From the IMG/VR virus record IMGVR_UViG_3300001450_010303, positions 32,001 to 96,000 of that record: DNA of 64,000 nt; one strand, 5' to 3'. Below, piece after piece: positions 48,101 through 56,393 of this stretch. Both the position numbers and the translations under genes were made by a program. The notes below the pieces were generated by a model. It was not told the origin of the DNA, did not search any database, and worked only from the letters and a program-made list of their open reading frames with translations. This DNA is from a virus. Numbering within the stretch: position 1 is the first letter of the stretch; each line of letters starts with the position of its first letter.

Positions 48101-49627
48101 AGTGCCAGCCTGTCTGGTACCATGGATTGCTTTAATGGGTATAACTGGGCCTACACGCCACCTTATTACCATGGCGAATCATGGGTTGATTTTATCTTCA
48201 GACCCACCCCCGGAACAACATATAACTTACAATCTATATTAGCCAATATTAAAACAAGATATTGGAGAGTCGATCCAGGGATGGAATCCACCGCGGTTAA
48301 TGCCGGCCAAAACAGATCCCCGGCCCTAGTCTTTGGAGGGAACTATCTTTCAGGCGACGACTGGGCCCAGTTCCAACCAATTTACGCCGGCGCAAACATC
48401 AATGATAACGCAATGCAACTAAGTGCAAGCTTCAACTTGTTCGGCATCGAGCGCGTTGCAAAAGAGACGTCTGATAGATTTGGTAAAAAACTAACAGAAG
48501 AAAACACCACTACCGGAATGAAATGGGTTATTCAACCAAAATTTGAGACACCAATGCTAAACTTTAATGATACTGGAGTTAATGCAATTAGCGCCAGTTT
48601 AGGAAACAAGAGCATCCCATTATATGGATCTGGGTCGGTACCAAACGGAATGTGGCACCAATTTGGAAACATTCCAGACAAGCCAAATGTAGGGGTCTTT
48701 ATGGAAATGGGTGATATCCCCACACAATGGTTAAAATATCATTATGATGTTAATAGCACTGGCTCGATTTATAATAATTTTGATGCACCCAATAGTGGAT
48801 CTCAAGCTGCTAGACAAATAAAATCTCTTTCTAATTTACTTGGTTTTGAACAGCGTGCCAATACTCGTCGTCTTGGGGAAATAGCTGAACAAAGAACAAT
48901 CCGAGAAGCGATTGTTGCTATTCCATATGTTATTGAAGAACTAGAAAATTTTGAGCCTCCATTCGGTGATCGCAAAGATCCAGAGTGTGGTTCTCGCGAT
49001 GTGAGTCAGATGTCACGAAAAAGATTAATCTCTATTCCAAAGAAGAGATTTAAAGCTGCACTACAAGAAACTGATGGAACGCTAACCGGCGACTCCCTAT
49101 CCACCGCCGGCGAGTCGATCAGAAAATTGATGCAAAAGATGGAAAGGTATATTTTACCTCCGCAGTTTGATTTTATACAACACTCTAACATTGATCCTTT
49201 TGTGATGTATATGTTTGAATTCGAATATAAATTTGATAAAGACGATTTATCATATATATGGCAAAATCTCGCTCCACGTAATTATAAGAAGCTGACATTT
49301 GAGGCACAGTCTATATCACATGAGTTGATGGATATGGAACTTCTTAATGAAAATAGTTTGTTCGACAACGAACATATGAGGTGGATGGTATTTAAAGTTA
49401 AACAAAAAAGTCAAAGTGGATACTATGATCACGTTGTAAGCCAAATTGGAGATGTTAATATGTCTAAAAATGGAAAGATATCAAAAAATCAGAATACCAC
49501 AAATTCGTCCTTACAGTATAACTGGCCGTACGATTACTTATCTTTCGTAGAACTAATTAAGTTTGATGTTGATGTATTGTTTAAGGAGCCAAAAGATAAT
49601 AATGACAACGGCAAAGGGTCAAAATAA
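39170..49627 (+). CDS. giant baseplate protein (3485 aa), gp7-like motif plus LamG/concanavalin-like domains
   Basis: IFKSKGTEKAIKNVFRCMG (gp7/gpI-like KGT motif, ~41063); LamG signatures TVEFWMK...WNHYAI...GSIDEFRYW and TFSAWVNP...WNHIVV...GALDEISIWNTQLT...AWWRLGE. Confidence 0.75.
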   Translation: MSIKKLFGSTDKANNYLSDTDQKDAFASVESSRNLKEIEEIQAHHIPHIDYSKPANFVKYGSARLYYKTALKRISDYYPYDGSSAEINSFYNKSLDIEKYILNNLYPRTNGYAIFSADGWGSKASNWSVHRQDGYGIPATPEAIIVQGGPNAATGELKDLIPTSKNNKYQYSNVYDEDIYRTAGLPSDYGKGTRESNMRANFDDGVTVEFWMKTGSFTDGTGTETLKQVVFDLWNRKDPNTGAGFEKEYGRITVELTGVVQNDIDYSDPNSYWSDSPFLVTVQSGSVTGSYQQTIGKNITTSSMGEWNHYAITLFNSGSGFMADFHVNGHLSERKTLNASQTLNEIAPKNMVARIGSLLTASCGALENPGPIARFGSIDGGKLNGSIDEFRYWKSARTHEEIGKNWFAQVAGGANTDISNAELGIYFKFNEGITGDASLDNTVLDYAGRISNGTWYGYTSNSRNTGSAIIEAAAATKEYEDPIIRPEHPDYIALESELSISGENFDINNNNSMLSLLPGWIIEEEENNKDSDLQNICHIVGAYFDKLHMQISEIPKFHYATYPSASQKPAPFAEHFAQSFGLYTPELFIDSTVLEKFADRDEEQLFEASLQDTKNLIYTNLYNNIANIFKSKGTEKAIKNVFRCMGIDEKLIKLVVNSNNQDISLRDNYQQSLINKNCLNFNNSLNSTAVVYQAIDSNNANSLGYLTNPTESSAPSYGCTVESNIVLPYYTRGIGDMDRDYDTVSLFGMYTVDTTSADSKTGADPSFIGGYGIDSTGGDDANFQVYAIKESKDSRNVYFKLSSSNKPIPFPIDVDNVLTSSLFLNAYDNQEWNISVRLKPLKGQLTNLVYGAGGTGYEVIFSGYQTQLGEVINSFSVSSSVSQTTGSLFMLAGKRIYAGANRENLTGRVIDKSDILVNNIRYWSKYLEDSDLIQHTHDIENRGISGSYRPLSPIDTGSVDIINSETLALEWNFTDLTSSRADGTIGYIKDYSSGSTDVRNPHGNKASWLSNLAGYQHTGYGYGFAAESTNIVDKRNFNSYKLVDPERAVSSDMINIYNDEYDSFYRDDNVPNYVYTIEKSFYNIVSEQMMEFFAGIVDFNSLIGAPVNRYRDRYKDIEKLRQTFFKRVKSVSDVEKFVKYYKWFDDSISSIISQLVPESSVFINNSMNVIESHVLERNKYRSKFPTLNFEDPDVEAYMKGFTELRYPWYDGSSTLPSSPRNTGTHKTYWLDRAERDSIEITSGDSTIDTQRNKYKDIINRAPHMTGAYPTLSDASGTLYSSHKYSLNKFARTSKFNMDVPVVRNLTRPIKGGTNFEPEKDLSFAPIALHPAGPVNRENGIFVPRNVLLGMTKEMVETQNIVDPTRPPEFISKEKRVFKVQHGRDWEDGIGYKNVKSSIGFPFNVLSSSVKTGYNKSVIDNVTGGIEITNLHNDTYGDDKEVPMQGTFTERVVGGHQSRHIAINTGTDNWKSRPEAWKILLGTCEANPSGAIGMVGPDYPWPEANDEGQTPYPLTASQKAVFYRDFVAKRPVNIRNINTMDVPRSTTVPGNYENNYEVVNSFGAHANPRRFIDNQPTPPERAFRNNVTGATQIRTFLDTRRTDESHSELMPEYSTEYLQITSSENKTVIATRFSNPGGPETMTRGYLDFRSAEMSVYNAFNYRNLSIIKHSQGPSGTLPEPPGDGPTTTRVYDIHAKDYGLRSHRARHTARFGRDSLFVTSSDNLPGAQYDQLPGFHKIHRNNVSRLKIVDQLNAELSGIYLNNTASILWPDPSQNAGNCLVVQATSSDGQNAANALIFDNNLVGAANEFPVWTFSAWVNPSASNAPRTIWDAGKTSVGNGSAHTITIEGDETLRYQAKTSLAAGGGNERFTFWETNTNTISNGSWNHIVVSVSGTIGGLSNSLKPTLYINGVSMSWDGATSPSLTPYDNLPNARTAHSNFRSHTGWSQTPPVVIGGDWQSANYKEYYGALDEISIWNTQLTDQEVAQVYNSGAPCNLTHSSSPQSVYLKAWWRLGEGDAAVSGDPSGKIMDSNNIIRDIVGSASLCPTALSGSNMNLYIVPSSLAGCDERVTIYSETVTHVSSSLYDNDHIQHPIPRTDIQYKWIRDSISDPDNTRYYEFQKTTNSSRMPYFSNSAGYTPYYNFITESQAAHNQNISPGGWKQPILRLNTLILDPLTENSNTIGFAADTDVSNYINTELNPGIGSTNYLNMLLAHRSVPYGWTWQKTRNYNNPIIIDERKKSVLSAITSSNKRLQHFRMSAVSTRGRTALINFDAPIGKKGNTAIGAKNNMTLKVTDNNERIMFNEAAFNSYINNNVITEPTPLTQIIRLGNNSKNKFKLKWILYSQNLFPSERNEYMSGTYKRNGYDNGYWRVTGSERISLGATQSGSFSYNIFSSSIGRSSWPLDEPENFLTRTRILGPDLDGGLSMQKNGNAGELQNVHFSYVSCSLVGGNLQLSKVSELWPAALYARKHMLAAPRSVVSPSGIENNIGMPGSDGVNFSKRYSVEIYAGEAAWDAPRNAGVVRMGYSSENSNKGTKISSYQVTSSEPWFATYDDFSYEMGLIAKDYSVVPEFRISEHIEDYMKHGPFDATKNDIFEVPGVSGSANSSTGSFYKDYSNSEFMKDFLRVKSESFLEAKEIRLVCSAAIRLNPYKGFYPAQRTLDLVGQFSSSYANSITAVWELNGAKKPLNVDRALQARGSTIRPLMQALYSPGLMYNTIKSGIAVDYPIVNDKSKIERSQYGRPSAGPMQSLKQSDDNYAILPANINSNSPVSGYNGGSWFDVRLPFETLLQPKNHINGLKFLDIEPHPSASLSPANVTTSFNSQGGDEMYEMMASNFFGEVPNFFLKDSSFTRIESGIIPDDLSFKDGEVYGARLKIRRSTTGTRTYSYDSGSTGDGTNFAPFGAKAFYDQKTAGGGDTNAWYPVPQDPQNARMDPIAPFRETFTMYSRPSAFGPPISGRPPSGSNGDRPTWFLSASLSGTMDCFNGYNWAYTPPYYHGESWVDFIFRPTPGTTYNLQSILANIKTRYWRVDPGMESTAVNAGQNRSPALVFGGNYLSGDDWAQFQPIYAGANINDNAMQLSASFNLFGIERVAKETSDRFGKKLTEENTTTGMKWVIQPKFETPMLNFNDTGVNAISASLGNKSIPLYGSGSVPNGMWHQFGNIPDKPNVGVFMEMGDIPTQWLKYHYDVNSTGSIYNNFDAPNSGSQAARQIKSLSNLLGFEQRANTRRLGEIAEQRTIREAIVAIPYVIEELENFEPPFGDRKDPECGSRDVSQMSRKRLISIPKKRFKAALQETDGTLTGDSLSTAGESIRKLMQKMERYILPPQFDFIQHSNIDPFVMYMFEFEYKFDKDDLSYIWQNLAPRNYKKLTFEAQSISHELMDMELLNENSLFDNEHMRWMVFKVKQKSQSGYYDHVVSQIGDVNMSKNGKISKNQNTTNSSLQYNWPYDYLSFVELIKFDVDVLFKEPKDNNDNGKGSK

Positions 49628-49629
49628 CA

Positions 49630-51165
49630 ATGGCTAAATTTCTTAATAAAAAAGAACAAGTAATAGATTTCCAATTAACCCCATACGGAAACTATCTGTT
49701 ATCTACCGGTGTGTTCAAACCAGCTTATTATGCTTTCTATGATTCAAACATCTTGTATGATAAAAGATACGCGCGCGGAACATATTGTAAATCCGCATCA
49801 TGTGGCGCGCAGGAGATCACAGAGGTAAAATTTATTAACGATACAAAAGCATACTATTCGCCGATGACGACAGATGCGTTCGGAAACAAAGTGCCTACTG
49901 AATATCTAACCATATACAACGGGACAACTCCATATAATTTTTGGTTCAAAACAATCAACACCGACCGAGAACCCGGTACCGGTGTAGTGGGCACAAAACC
50001 TATGATCGATCTAATGTTAGGAACTTTTCCAGACAAAGAGGCTATAGCAAAAGCGTTCTGGAGCCAGATTCACAACGGACCTTGGCCATTTACTGCGACG
50101 TATGCTGCTGGTCAAGAAGATGTATATGTTACCGCTATAGCCAAAGGTCCATCAACTGATGTATCTCAGACAATGTCGGCAAACGTCCTCACGGGATCGG
50201 TGTATCTCCAGGGAACTGCTCTAGAATCATTTCGGGCCATTTCAGATGTCCCAGTGGAAAATCAAAATGATATACATGAACGAATAAAGAGCGGCACTCA
50301 ATATTTTGAGGGACTCACAACATTCTCAGATTTAGAGAGCAACTCTATGAGAAAAAAAGACGGCCTCCCTTTGACAGCCACACCCGCCGAGGCAACAGAA
50401 TTACAGTTCGAATATGACTTGACAGCCATCAGAGAACGACCAGAAAAAGATATTTTTAAGTTTGATTCGGCCATCGGAGACGCGATGTTCGATAGTAATA
50501 AAAAACAACATGCACCAGCGTGGAAAATAGTAACTCTATCGGGGCACATATCTGGTTCATCCATTAAAGATATAAAAAACCAACAACTTATTCCACAAAT
50601 CGATATGGATATGATATACTCTAAGGAAATAAAGAACTCTACGTTTATGTTTCAAAGCGATACCATAGCGGATACTATCGATAGTACTTCGATAACAAAA
50701 GAATTTTCGGATGGATATAAAATCATGTTAAACTCGGAAGACATAGTAATATACACGGAAGAACAAAACACTTCATTACTAACAGAAAATTTTGATATAG
50801 AAGTATATGAAATTCTTGCGGGAGCACACGACTCCCATGGAGACTTAGAAAGAGGCTCAGAAAGACTTATAAGAAGGTTTTTTCAAGGACAAAGCCCACA
50901 AATTATTGATGGCATGATGGTGAGAGAAACTATTAATGATTCTCTCACATCTAATCGAGGCTACGCTACTTCGAGTGTAGAATACTATTTTGACTTATAT
51001 ACTGATACTAACGTCAATAAGAAAATAGCATGCCAGGGAGCAGACATTTTCAACAAAGAATCATATTATGTTGATATTGATTTTGATTGTGAAAACAGAC
51101 AATCAGAAGATATATATTTTGATATATATGGTCGCGCAACGGATCCAGAAATATGTCAGACCTAA
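49630..51165 (+). CDS. structural protein with tail-collar-like N-terminus
   Basis: VIDFQLTPYG...G.F...YAFYD..I.Y, related to the N-termini of 60908 and 61997. Confidence 0.6.
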   Translation: MAKFLNKKEQVIDFQLTPYGNYLLSTGVFKPAYYAFYDSNILYDKRYARGTYCKSASCGAQEITEVKFINDTKAYYSPMTTDAFGNKVPTEYLTIYNGTTPYNFWFKTINTDREPGTGVVGTKPMIDLMLGTFPDKEAIAKAFWSQIHNGPWPFTATYAAGQEDVYVTAIAKGPSTDVSQTMSANVLTGSVYLQGTALESFRAISDVPVENQNDIHERIKSGTQYFEGLTTFSDLESNSMRKKDGLPLTATPAEATELQFEYDLTAIRERPEKDIFKFDSAIGDAMFDSNKKQHAPAWKIVTLSGHISGSSIKDIKNQQLIPQIDMDMIYSKEIKNSTFMFQSDTIADTIDSTSITKEFSDGYKIMLNSEDIVIYTEEQNTSLLTENFDIEVYEILAGAHDSHGDLERGSERLIRRFFQGQSPQIIDGMMVRETINDSLTSNRGYATSSVEYYFDLYTDTNVNKKIACQGADIFNKESYYVDIDFDCENRQSEDIYFDIYGRATDPEICQT

Positions 51166-54100
51166 CTGTTGATACAAAAAGAACTTTTGGCAAATACTTG
51201 CCGACGGCCACTATTAATGGCGTCGTTATCGATGAACATATAAACGATAAAATGTCAACGGTAGAGATATCGGTAGATGTTAATCTTACAATAGACAAAG
51301 ATATAAAAAACTATCAAAAAGCGGTGGCTGCTAATTATGATGACCTGTACCTTTATATTATATTTTGTAAAAACCATAGCATAAATTCTATGATTTATTC
51401 AAGTAACTTAGATCTAAGAGATATTTTTAAATTTAACCGGACAATAGCTACTACTATATCTGTAGAAGGATTAATAGAGGCAATTCTACTGGGCACCGGG
51501 TATTCTGCCACCGAAGAAGAAGCCCTAGAAACTTTCCAGATAAATATTAAAAAAGTAAGCCTTAAAGATTTAAAAAACAAAATAGTAGAAGAGGGCTTGT
51601 ATGATATAAATGGGGATCGTATATTAAAAATTTCAAATATTAAAATGAAGACAAATTTTATAGATGAGATCATGACCAGCGCCCAATCTGCCATGGCCAT
51701 CGCGTTTGTTGGCCGAGACGAAAAACAACTAAGGAGATTACCAGAACCAGTATATAAGAGAAACTTTGGAGATCTATCCTATGAGGTATCTCTATCTTAT
51801 AATAAGGTGCCAGACACCACAGAAAATATATATGTTGATATTAATAACAATCAATATAGTGGCACTCCAATACAAACGGTCGGTGGAATGTATCATGTCC
51901 CAGAGCCGATATCACATGCCGAGATAGTTGATATGACTAATCAATTAATGTCTTCATATGCTAGTATCGGAGAAACAAGCGCTGTGTTATCGGCAGCATT
52001 CACAAACTTGTCTTACATTTTGGCGACACAAGAAAATAGTGAAAAGTTGTTGTTAAAAATGAATCTGTTTCGTAAGGGATATCCCGATAAATCAAACTCC
52101 ACCGTCGCTGGAAGGTTTTATGATCTGTTCAAAAGAAAGCTATTTCAATGGAACAGAAGCCTCCTCAATCAGCCGCGCCTTTATAAAAGATTAATTATAA
52201 ATAGCAAAACAATCGATCTACGCGGTAGAGATATGGAGATATACTCCTTATATATACCGGAATATGCCACCGGTATGTCATATGATAGCGATTATTATAT
52301 AAATAACAACATGATCAATATTAATAGAACCACTCAGCTGACCATTCCTCTTGAGGGCGCAGTATCAGATTACGTTCAATTTGTGGCTGAAGAGGGTGCG
52401 ATAAATAGCCAGGCATTGTGGAACAAAACATATGACCAAAACTTCGCGAATTCCTTAGATGAAACCTACATGGCTTCTGGATATGACACCAGCGCCGGTG
52501 GAGTAGTGCCAAATCAGATTGTTCCGCTCACCGACACCGACACAGTAGTTAAAAATAAGGGATTATTCTTCTTTGATTTAGAACGCGCCCTCCACACTAA
52601 GAGTGAAATATCTAAAGTATTTAGAATTCATTATCTACAGAGATTCTTAGGTCTGCAAATACCATATAAGTTGTTTAGCGTTAGCCGAGCTTCCATCGAA
52701 AGAACGGAACAAACTTTTACGACTCAAAATGAAGAAGAGGGCGACTGGCATGGTGGCTTCCTCATCTTCGAAGCCGCTGAAATGGGCGCACCGGTCACGT
52801 ACAACGAAAATCAAGTGACAATGAAGATGAATGCAACATTCTATGCTAACAGCGATTACCCCAAGCAATGGAGTAGCGACTGGTCCTTGGATTCTCCTTC
52901 GCTTAATTCTTATATGGCGTATGGATATCCATATATATACAAATATGTTTTTGGTGGCGTCGACGATTACGATAGCCACAACTCACCAAATATGAACTTT
53001 TCGGCCGCTGAAGAGTGGGCATCCAGTGTGGGGTCTGGCACCATGGTGTCGCCGTACTCTTCATCCCCGCCGGACTCTACGGTGACGCTGGGCGATGAGG
53101 CGGTGTTCTCGCCCGGCTCCACGCCCGAAGCACTTGCTGAGGCCCGGGCCGATGCCATGATGAATGTGAATAGCTATAATGGAACCTTGCAAGTTCCGTA
53201 TGACGTAACTGAATATGTGGCGACGGCCAACGAAGCCACCACCGAAGCAAAGGCATTATCCTACTTAAAATTTAAAAACTTTGATTTACCATTCAATGAT
53301 CCTTCTAAAAGATTAGATGGCTATAATGGTCCCGTAGTAAGAAACGGATATCGTCTTATGTGTTTTGAGTTTCAAGACTTTATGGATGATGACGTAGCAT
53401 ATTATAACACTATAGGAACACACCATGGTGATCGAGAGAACTATTGGACAGATTACAGATTCGAAGTCGATACACTTGATAATACATATAAAATTTATAA
53501 TGTGGTGAAAAAGCTGCTAGAGAGAGAATATGGGATGTTCATGGAATATTATTTAAAGGCGATAGAAGCTTGTAGTTATAATAATATAGAAGGAGTGTTT
53601 AATGAATTCTTTATAAGTGCAATGACTGAACTTGAAGCCTCTGGTGCTTTGGTTTCATGGTACCGTGCTCCATTCGTATACAATTCGGCCCTGGCAGTAC
53701 TAACAAATAAATATGATGGCATTTTATCCATGTCCGATAAAATCAACAAAATCCACGAAGATTCACAATATTTAGCCGGCCGCCTTTCGCCAATGTCCGG
53801 AAATATGAGAGAAATAAACTCCTTCAAAGAAAAGTTCGAACACCTTTTGGGAATGTTTAATAGCTCCTTAGTCCCGCTTGAAAACCGCGGCCCCAACGCA
53901 GGAGCCGTGTATGATTTGTTTGTTGATGTTATGGGAACAGAACCTACAAACTATAAGAATGTGCGCCAACGATACCACCGGAATCGAGACATAACAGAAG
54001 ATATATATGGAAACTTGTATCTTAGTGCATGGCTGAAAGACGATATTCAGCCAGGCCAGGTCTCTGGCCTTGTAGAAGATACAACTACGATGCCGGCCGA

Positions 54101-54710
54101 GTTTGTCGCCGCCGCCGAAGCAGCAGAATTAAGAAGAAACAGCGGCGTGGATCTTTCCATATGGTTTAACCGCGGCACGTCCGCGGAGATCGTCAGGATC
54201 TCAGCCGGCCGCCTTGATGCGCTTGAGGGCGTCTGGAGAGGTGACTCTGGTGAGTACGAGCCGGGCCAGACCCTCTATACACTCACCGAAATGTACGCAG
54301 ACGGCGACAGCTCTAGCAGTCTTAACTGTTATCTCCCACCCGGCGACTATACAATATGGTTTCTTAAGGAAGATCTTACCGTCCGCGGGATAGTCATATA
54401 CAATGTGAGTGAAGATCACACAGGCATTAACCGTCACGGAACCGGCCGCGGCGCCTGCACACTCAGCTGGCCATGGTCGACGAATATGTGCGGTGGGTAC
54501 GGCGAACACTACGTGAGATTCACTCAAATGCACGATCCCAACAGCTACGTCGGCGACGGATTCGAGTACTTCGCCGATTTTGTAGAACTGGAACCTATGG
54601 ACGCTCTCATTCCGACGATGATCTTTATCGACTCCAGTCCCGGCGATGCCTGGAACTGGTACCCGTGTAATTACTGGGCCGCCCAACCGCTCTACTCTTA
54701 TCCAACATAA
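51153..54710 (+). CDS. large putative structural protein (1185 aa) with GC-rich C-terminal module
   Basis: Long ORF in the structural module; composition shift from ~54050. Confidence 0.65.
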   Translation: MSDLTVDTKRTFGKYLPTATINGVVIDEHINDKMSTVEISVDVNLTIDKDIKNYQKAVAANYDDLYLYIIFCKNHSINSMIYSSNLDLRDIFKFNRTIATTISVEGLIEAILLGTGYSATEEEALETFQINIKKVSLKDLKNKIVEEGLYDINGDRILKISNIKMKTNFIDEIMTSAQSAMAIAFVGRDEKQLRRLPEPVYKRNFGDLSYEVSLSYNKVPDTTENIYVDINNNQYSGTPIQTVGGMYHVPEPISHAEIVDMTNQLMSSYASIGETSAVLSAAFTNLSYILATQENSEKLLLKMNLFRKGYPDKSNSTVAGRFYDLFKRKLFQWNRSLLNQPRLYKRLIINSKTIDLRGRDMEIYSLYIPEYATGMSYDSDYYINNNMININRTTQLTIPLEGAVSDYVQFVAEEGAINSQALWNKTYDQNFANSLDETYMASGYDTSAGGVVPNQIVPLTDTDTVVKNKGLFFFDLERALHTKSEISKVFRIHYLQRFLGLQIPYKLFSVSRASIERTEQTFTTQNEEEGDWHGGFLIFEAAEMGAPVTYNENQVTMKMNATFYANSDYPKQWSSDWSLDSPSLNSYMAYGYPYIYKYVFGGVDDYDSHNSPNMNFSAAEEWASSVGSGTMVSPYSSSPPDSTVTLGDEAVFSPGSTPEALAEARADAMMNVNSYNGTLQVPYDVTEYVATANEATTEAKALSYLKFKNFDLPFNDPSKRLDGYNGPVVRNGYRLMCFEFQDFMDDDVAYYNTIGTHHGDRENYWTDYRFEVDTLDNTYKIYNVVKKLLEREYGMFMEYYLKAIEACSYNNIEGVFNEFFISAMTELEASGALVSWYRAPFVYNSALAVLTNKYDGILSMSDKINKIHEDSQYLAGRLSPMSGNMREINSFKEKFEHLLGMFNSSLVPLENRGPNAGAVYDLFVDVMGTEPTNYKNVRQRYHRNRDITEDIYGNLYLSAWLKDDIQPGQVSGLVEDTTTMPAEFVAAAEAAELRRNSGVDLSIWFNRGTSAEIVRISAGRLDALEGVWRGDSGEYEPGQTLYTLTEMYADGDSSSSLNCYLPPGDYTIWFLKEDLTVRGIVIYNVSEDHTGINRHGTGRGACTLSWPWSTNMCGGYGEHYVRFTQMHDPNSYVGDGFEYFADFVELEPMDALIPTMIFIDSSPGDAWNWYPCNYWAAQPLYSYPT

Positions 54711-54734
54711 GAATATATGATATTAGATACAGAT

Positions 54735-54748
54735 ACTATTTAGTTATA
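54735..54748 (+). promoter_or_regulatory. candidate late promoter motif ACTATTTA(GTTATA)
   Basis: Intergenic, upstream of ATG 54759; resembles ACTATTTATAGTTATA at 805. Confidence 0.45.
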
Positions 54749-54758
54749 GGTATAAAGA

Positions 54759-55340
54759 ATGAAAAAAAATAAGAAATTACCAGAGATAGGAAGCTTAGAA
54801 GAAGACAGAGAGCATATGTTTATGTCGGACTTCAAATTTTCAAATAAGAAAATTCAAAATATTGGGTTAGCTCCAATGACAACAAAAATTCAAAAAGGCC
54901 TCGACATCCTGGAACAACAAGGAATTCTTCCCAAAGAAGAATTCAAAAGAAATCCAAACGATATAGCGGAAAGATTCTTATTCGGAATCAATTGTGTCCT
55001 ATCAGACGAAGATGTGGGATTCTCACTATTAGATTCCCAAACCGATCAAGAAGAAATACAAAATGTTAATATCTTCGACGCCCGAGAATTCTCAAATCTA
55101 AAAGCAAGCTATATAAAGACACCTGACAAATTTCAAGATGAATGTGATCCGTTTTATAATTTAGACGAGAGAATGCCAGAGAACATCAGAAGAATGAAAA
55201 AGATGCGAAAAGAAAAAAGGAAGCCATACTTGTTAAAAGTAGCCTCTCAAGCTTCACAAATAAATTTGAAGAAGACGAGAAACAAGAAAATAAGATATTT
55301 TAAAGACATAAGAAAACTTAGAAAAGCAGGAGAGTTTTAA
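54759..55340 (+). CDS. hypothetical protein with basic C-terminus
   Basis: 193-aa ORF, K/R-rich tail. Confidence 0.65.
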   Translation: MKKNKKLPEIGSLEEDREHMFMSDFKFSNKKIQNIGLAPMTTKIQKGLDILEQQGILPKEEFKRNPNDIAERFLFGINCVLSDEDVGFSLLDSQTDQEEIQNVNIFDAREFSNLKASYIKTPDKFQDECDPFYNLDERMPENIRRMKKMRKEKRKPYLLKVASQASQINLKKTRNKKIRYFKDIRKLRKAGEF

Positions 55341-56392
55341 TGGCGGACTACGGCGATATGTCACCCTCCACCCTTCCATGGGTTGGACTCTCAGAAGACG
55401 CAACAGATTACACCCCACCGATCTCTGTGGTGTTGGGTGACTCAATATTTGCCGATCTACCAGACGGCCACCAGCTTATGAGAAACAAAGCCTACTATTC
55501 ATTGCCAGATGTGGATATACATGGGTTTTTTAGTTCGCTTTCAACATTTGGGATCATCAGGAAGGATACAGTATATTCTGTGCCTGACATCGCTGGCAAG
55601 GACGACAGAAGAGAAACTGAACCAGGAATGGACTATATATATGGCGAGGAACCAATTGTCTATAAAGAAGCAACATTCGTTTCTTCTAACGAATCTGAGG
55701 GCTGGGATGACTTTAAAAATTATATTGGTAATGCCTATATAGATTCTCCATTTACTTGTTTTCGAGAAATAGAAAGGTATATGAATTGGTTTGATTACGA
55801 TGACGAAGAATTAGAATTTGGTTTTACTTGGAAAGACAAAAGCGCTGAGTGGAAACAATCAAATCAGCTGCGTTCGATCAATAAGCCAATAATCCACCCA
55901 AGCGGCGTAGAAATGAATTATATCAAAGCTGAAGCTCCATATATATATATTACTTCTGACAGATATACCGAGTCCGCGGTCTGGGCCGATCCATCTGATG
56001 GGTTCTCAGCCGAGATTTCAGAGGGATATAATCTATCGTCGCAAGTTACATACCCATCGTGGATGACGAATGATCTAGTAAAGAGGTATAAATCAATTAA
56101 TGCGGTTATGTCTAATATGAGTAGTTATATAGATGCACAAACACAATATTTAATGAATACGGGTTATCGAACTGTTCTTAAGAGACAGCTGGCATCACGA
56201 GCACAAACAGTCACACGATTTATGAATAAGGAGTTCACAACGATGGCCGGCGGTAGTACTATATCGACGCAAGCCTCTGCTCAAGCGTTAGTACCAGGCG
56301 CTACCGCCCTCCCCACAACACCTACGACCCTGGAACCATCGACAATCACACCCATCGAAGACCCGCTCGGACCGGCCACCGGAGACTACTAA
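55340..56392 (+). CDS. hypothetical protein with Pro/Thr-rich tail (putative virion protein)
   Basis: 350-aa ORF, stop/start-coupled to the upstream gene. Confidence 0.65.
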   Translation: MADYGDMSPSTLPWVGLSEDATDYTPPISVVLGDSIFADLPDGHQLMRNKAYYSLPDVDIHGFFSSLSTFGIIRKDTVYSVPDIAGKDDRRETEPGMDYIYGEEPIVYKEATFVSSNESEGWDDFKNYIGNAYIDSPFTCFREIERYMNWFDYDDEELEFGFTWKDKSAEWKQSNQLRSINKPIIHPSGVEMNYIKAEAPYIYITSDRYTESAVWADPSDGFSAEISEGYNLSSQVTYPSWMTNDLVKRYKSINAVMSNMSSYIDAQTQYLMNTGYRTVLKRQLASRAQTVTRFMNKEFTTMAGGSTISTQASAQALVPGATALPTTPTTLEPSTITPIEDPLGPATGDY

Positions 56393-56393
56393 T

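Noticed and set aside
34946-49627. Extracellular contractile injection system or T6SS rather than a phage
   Set aside because: A phage-type sigma factor, PhoH, a Cas4-like nuclease, small phage-type ORFs and a T4 gp6-like wedge favour a phage. No capsid or terminase gene is in the window, so this is not formally excluded.
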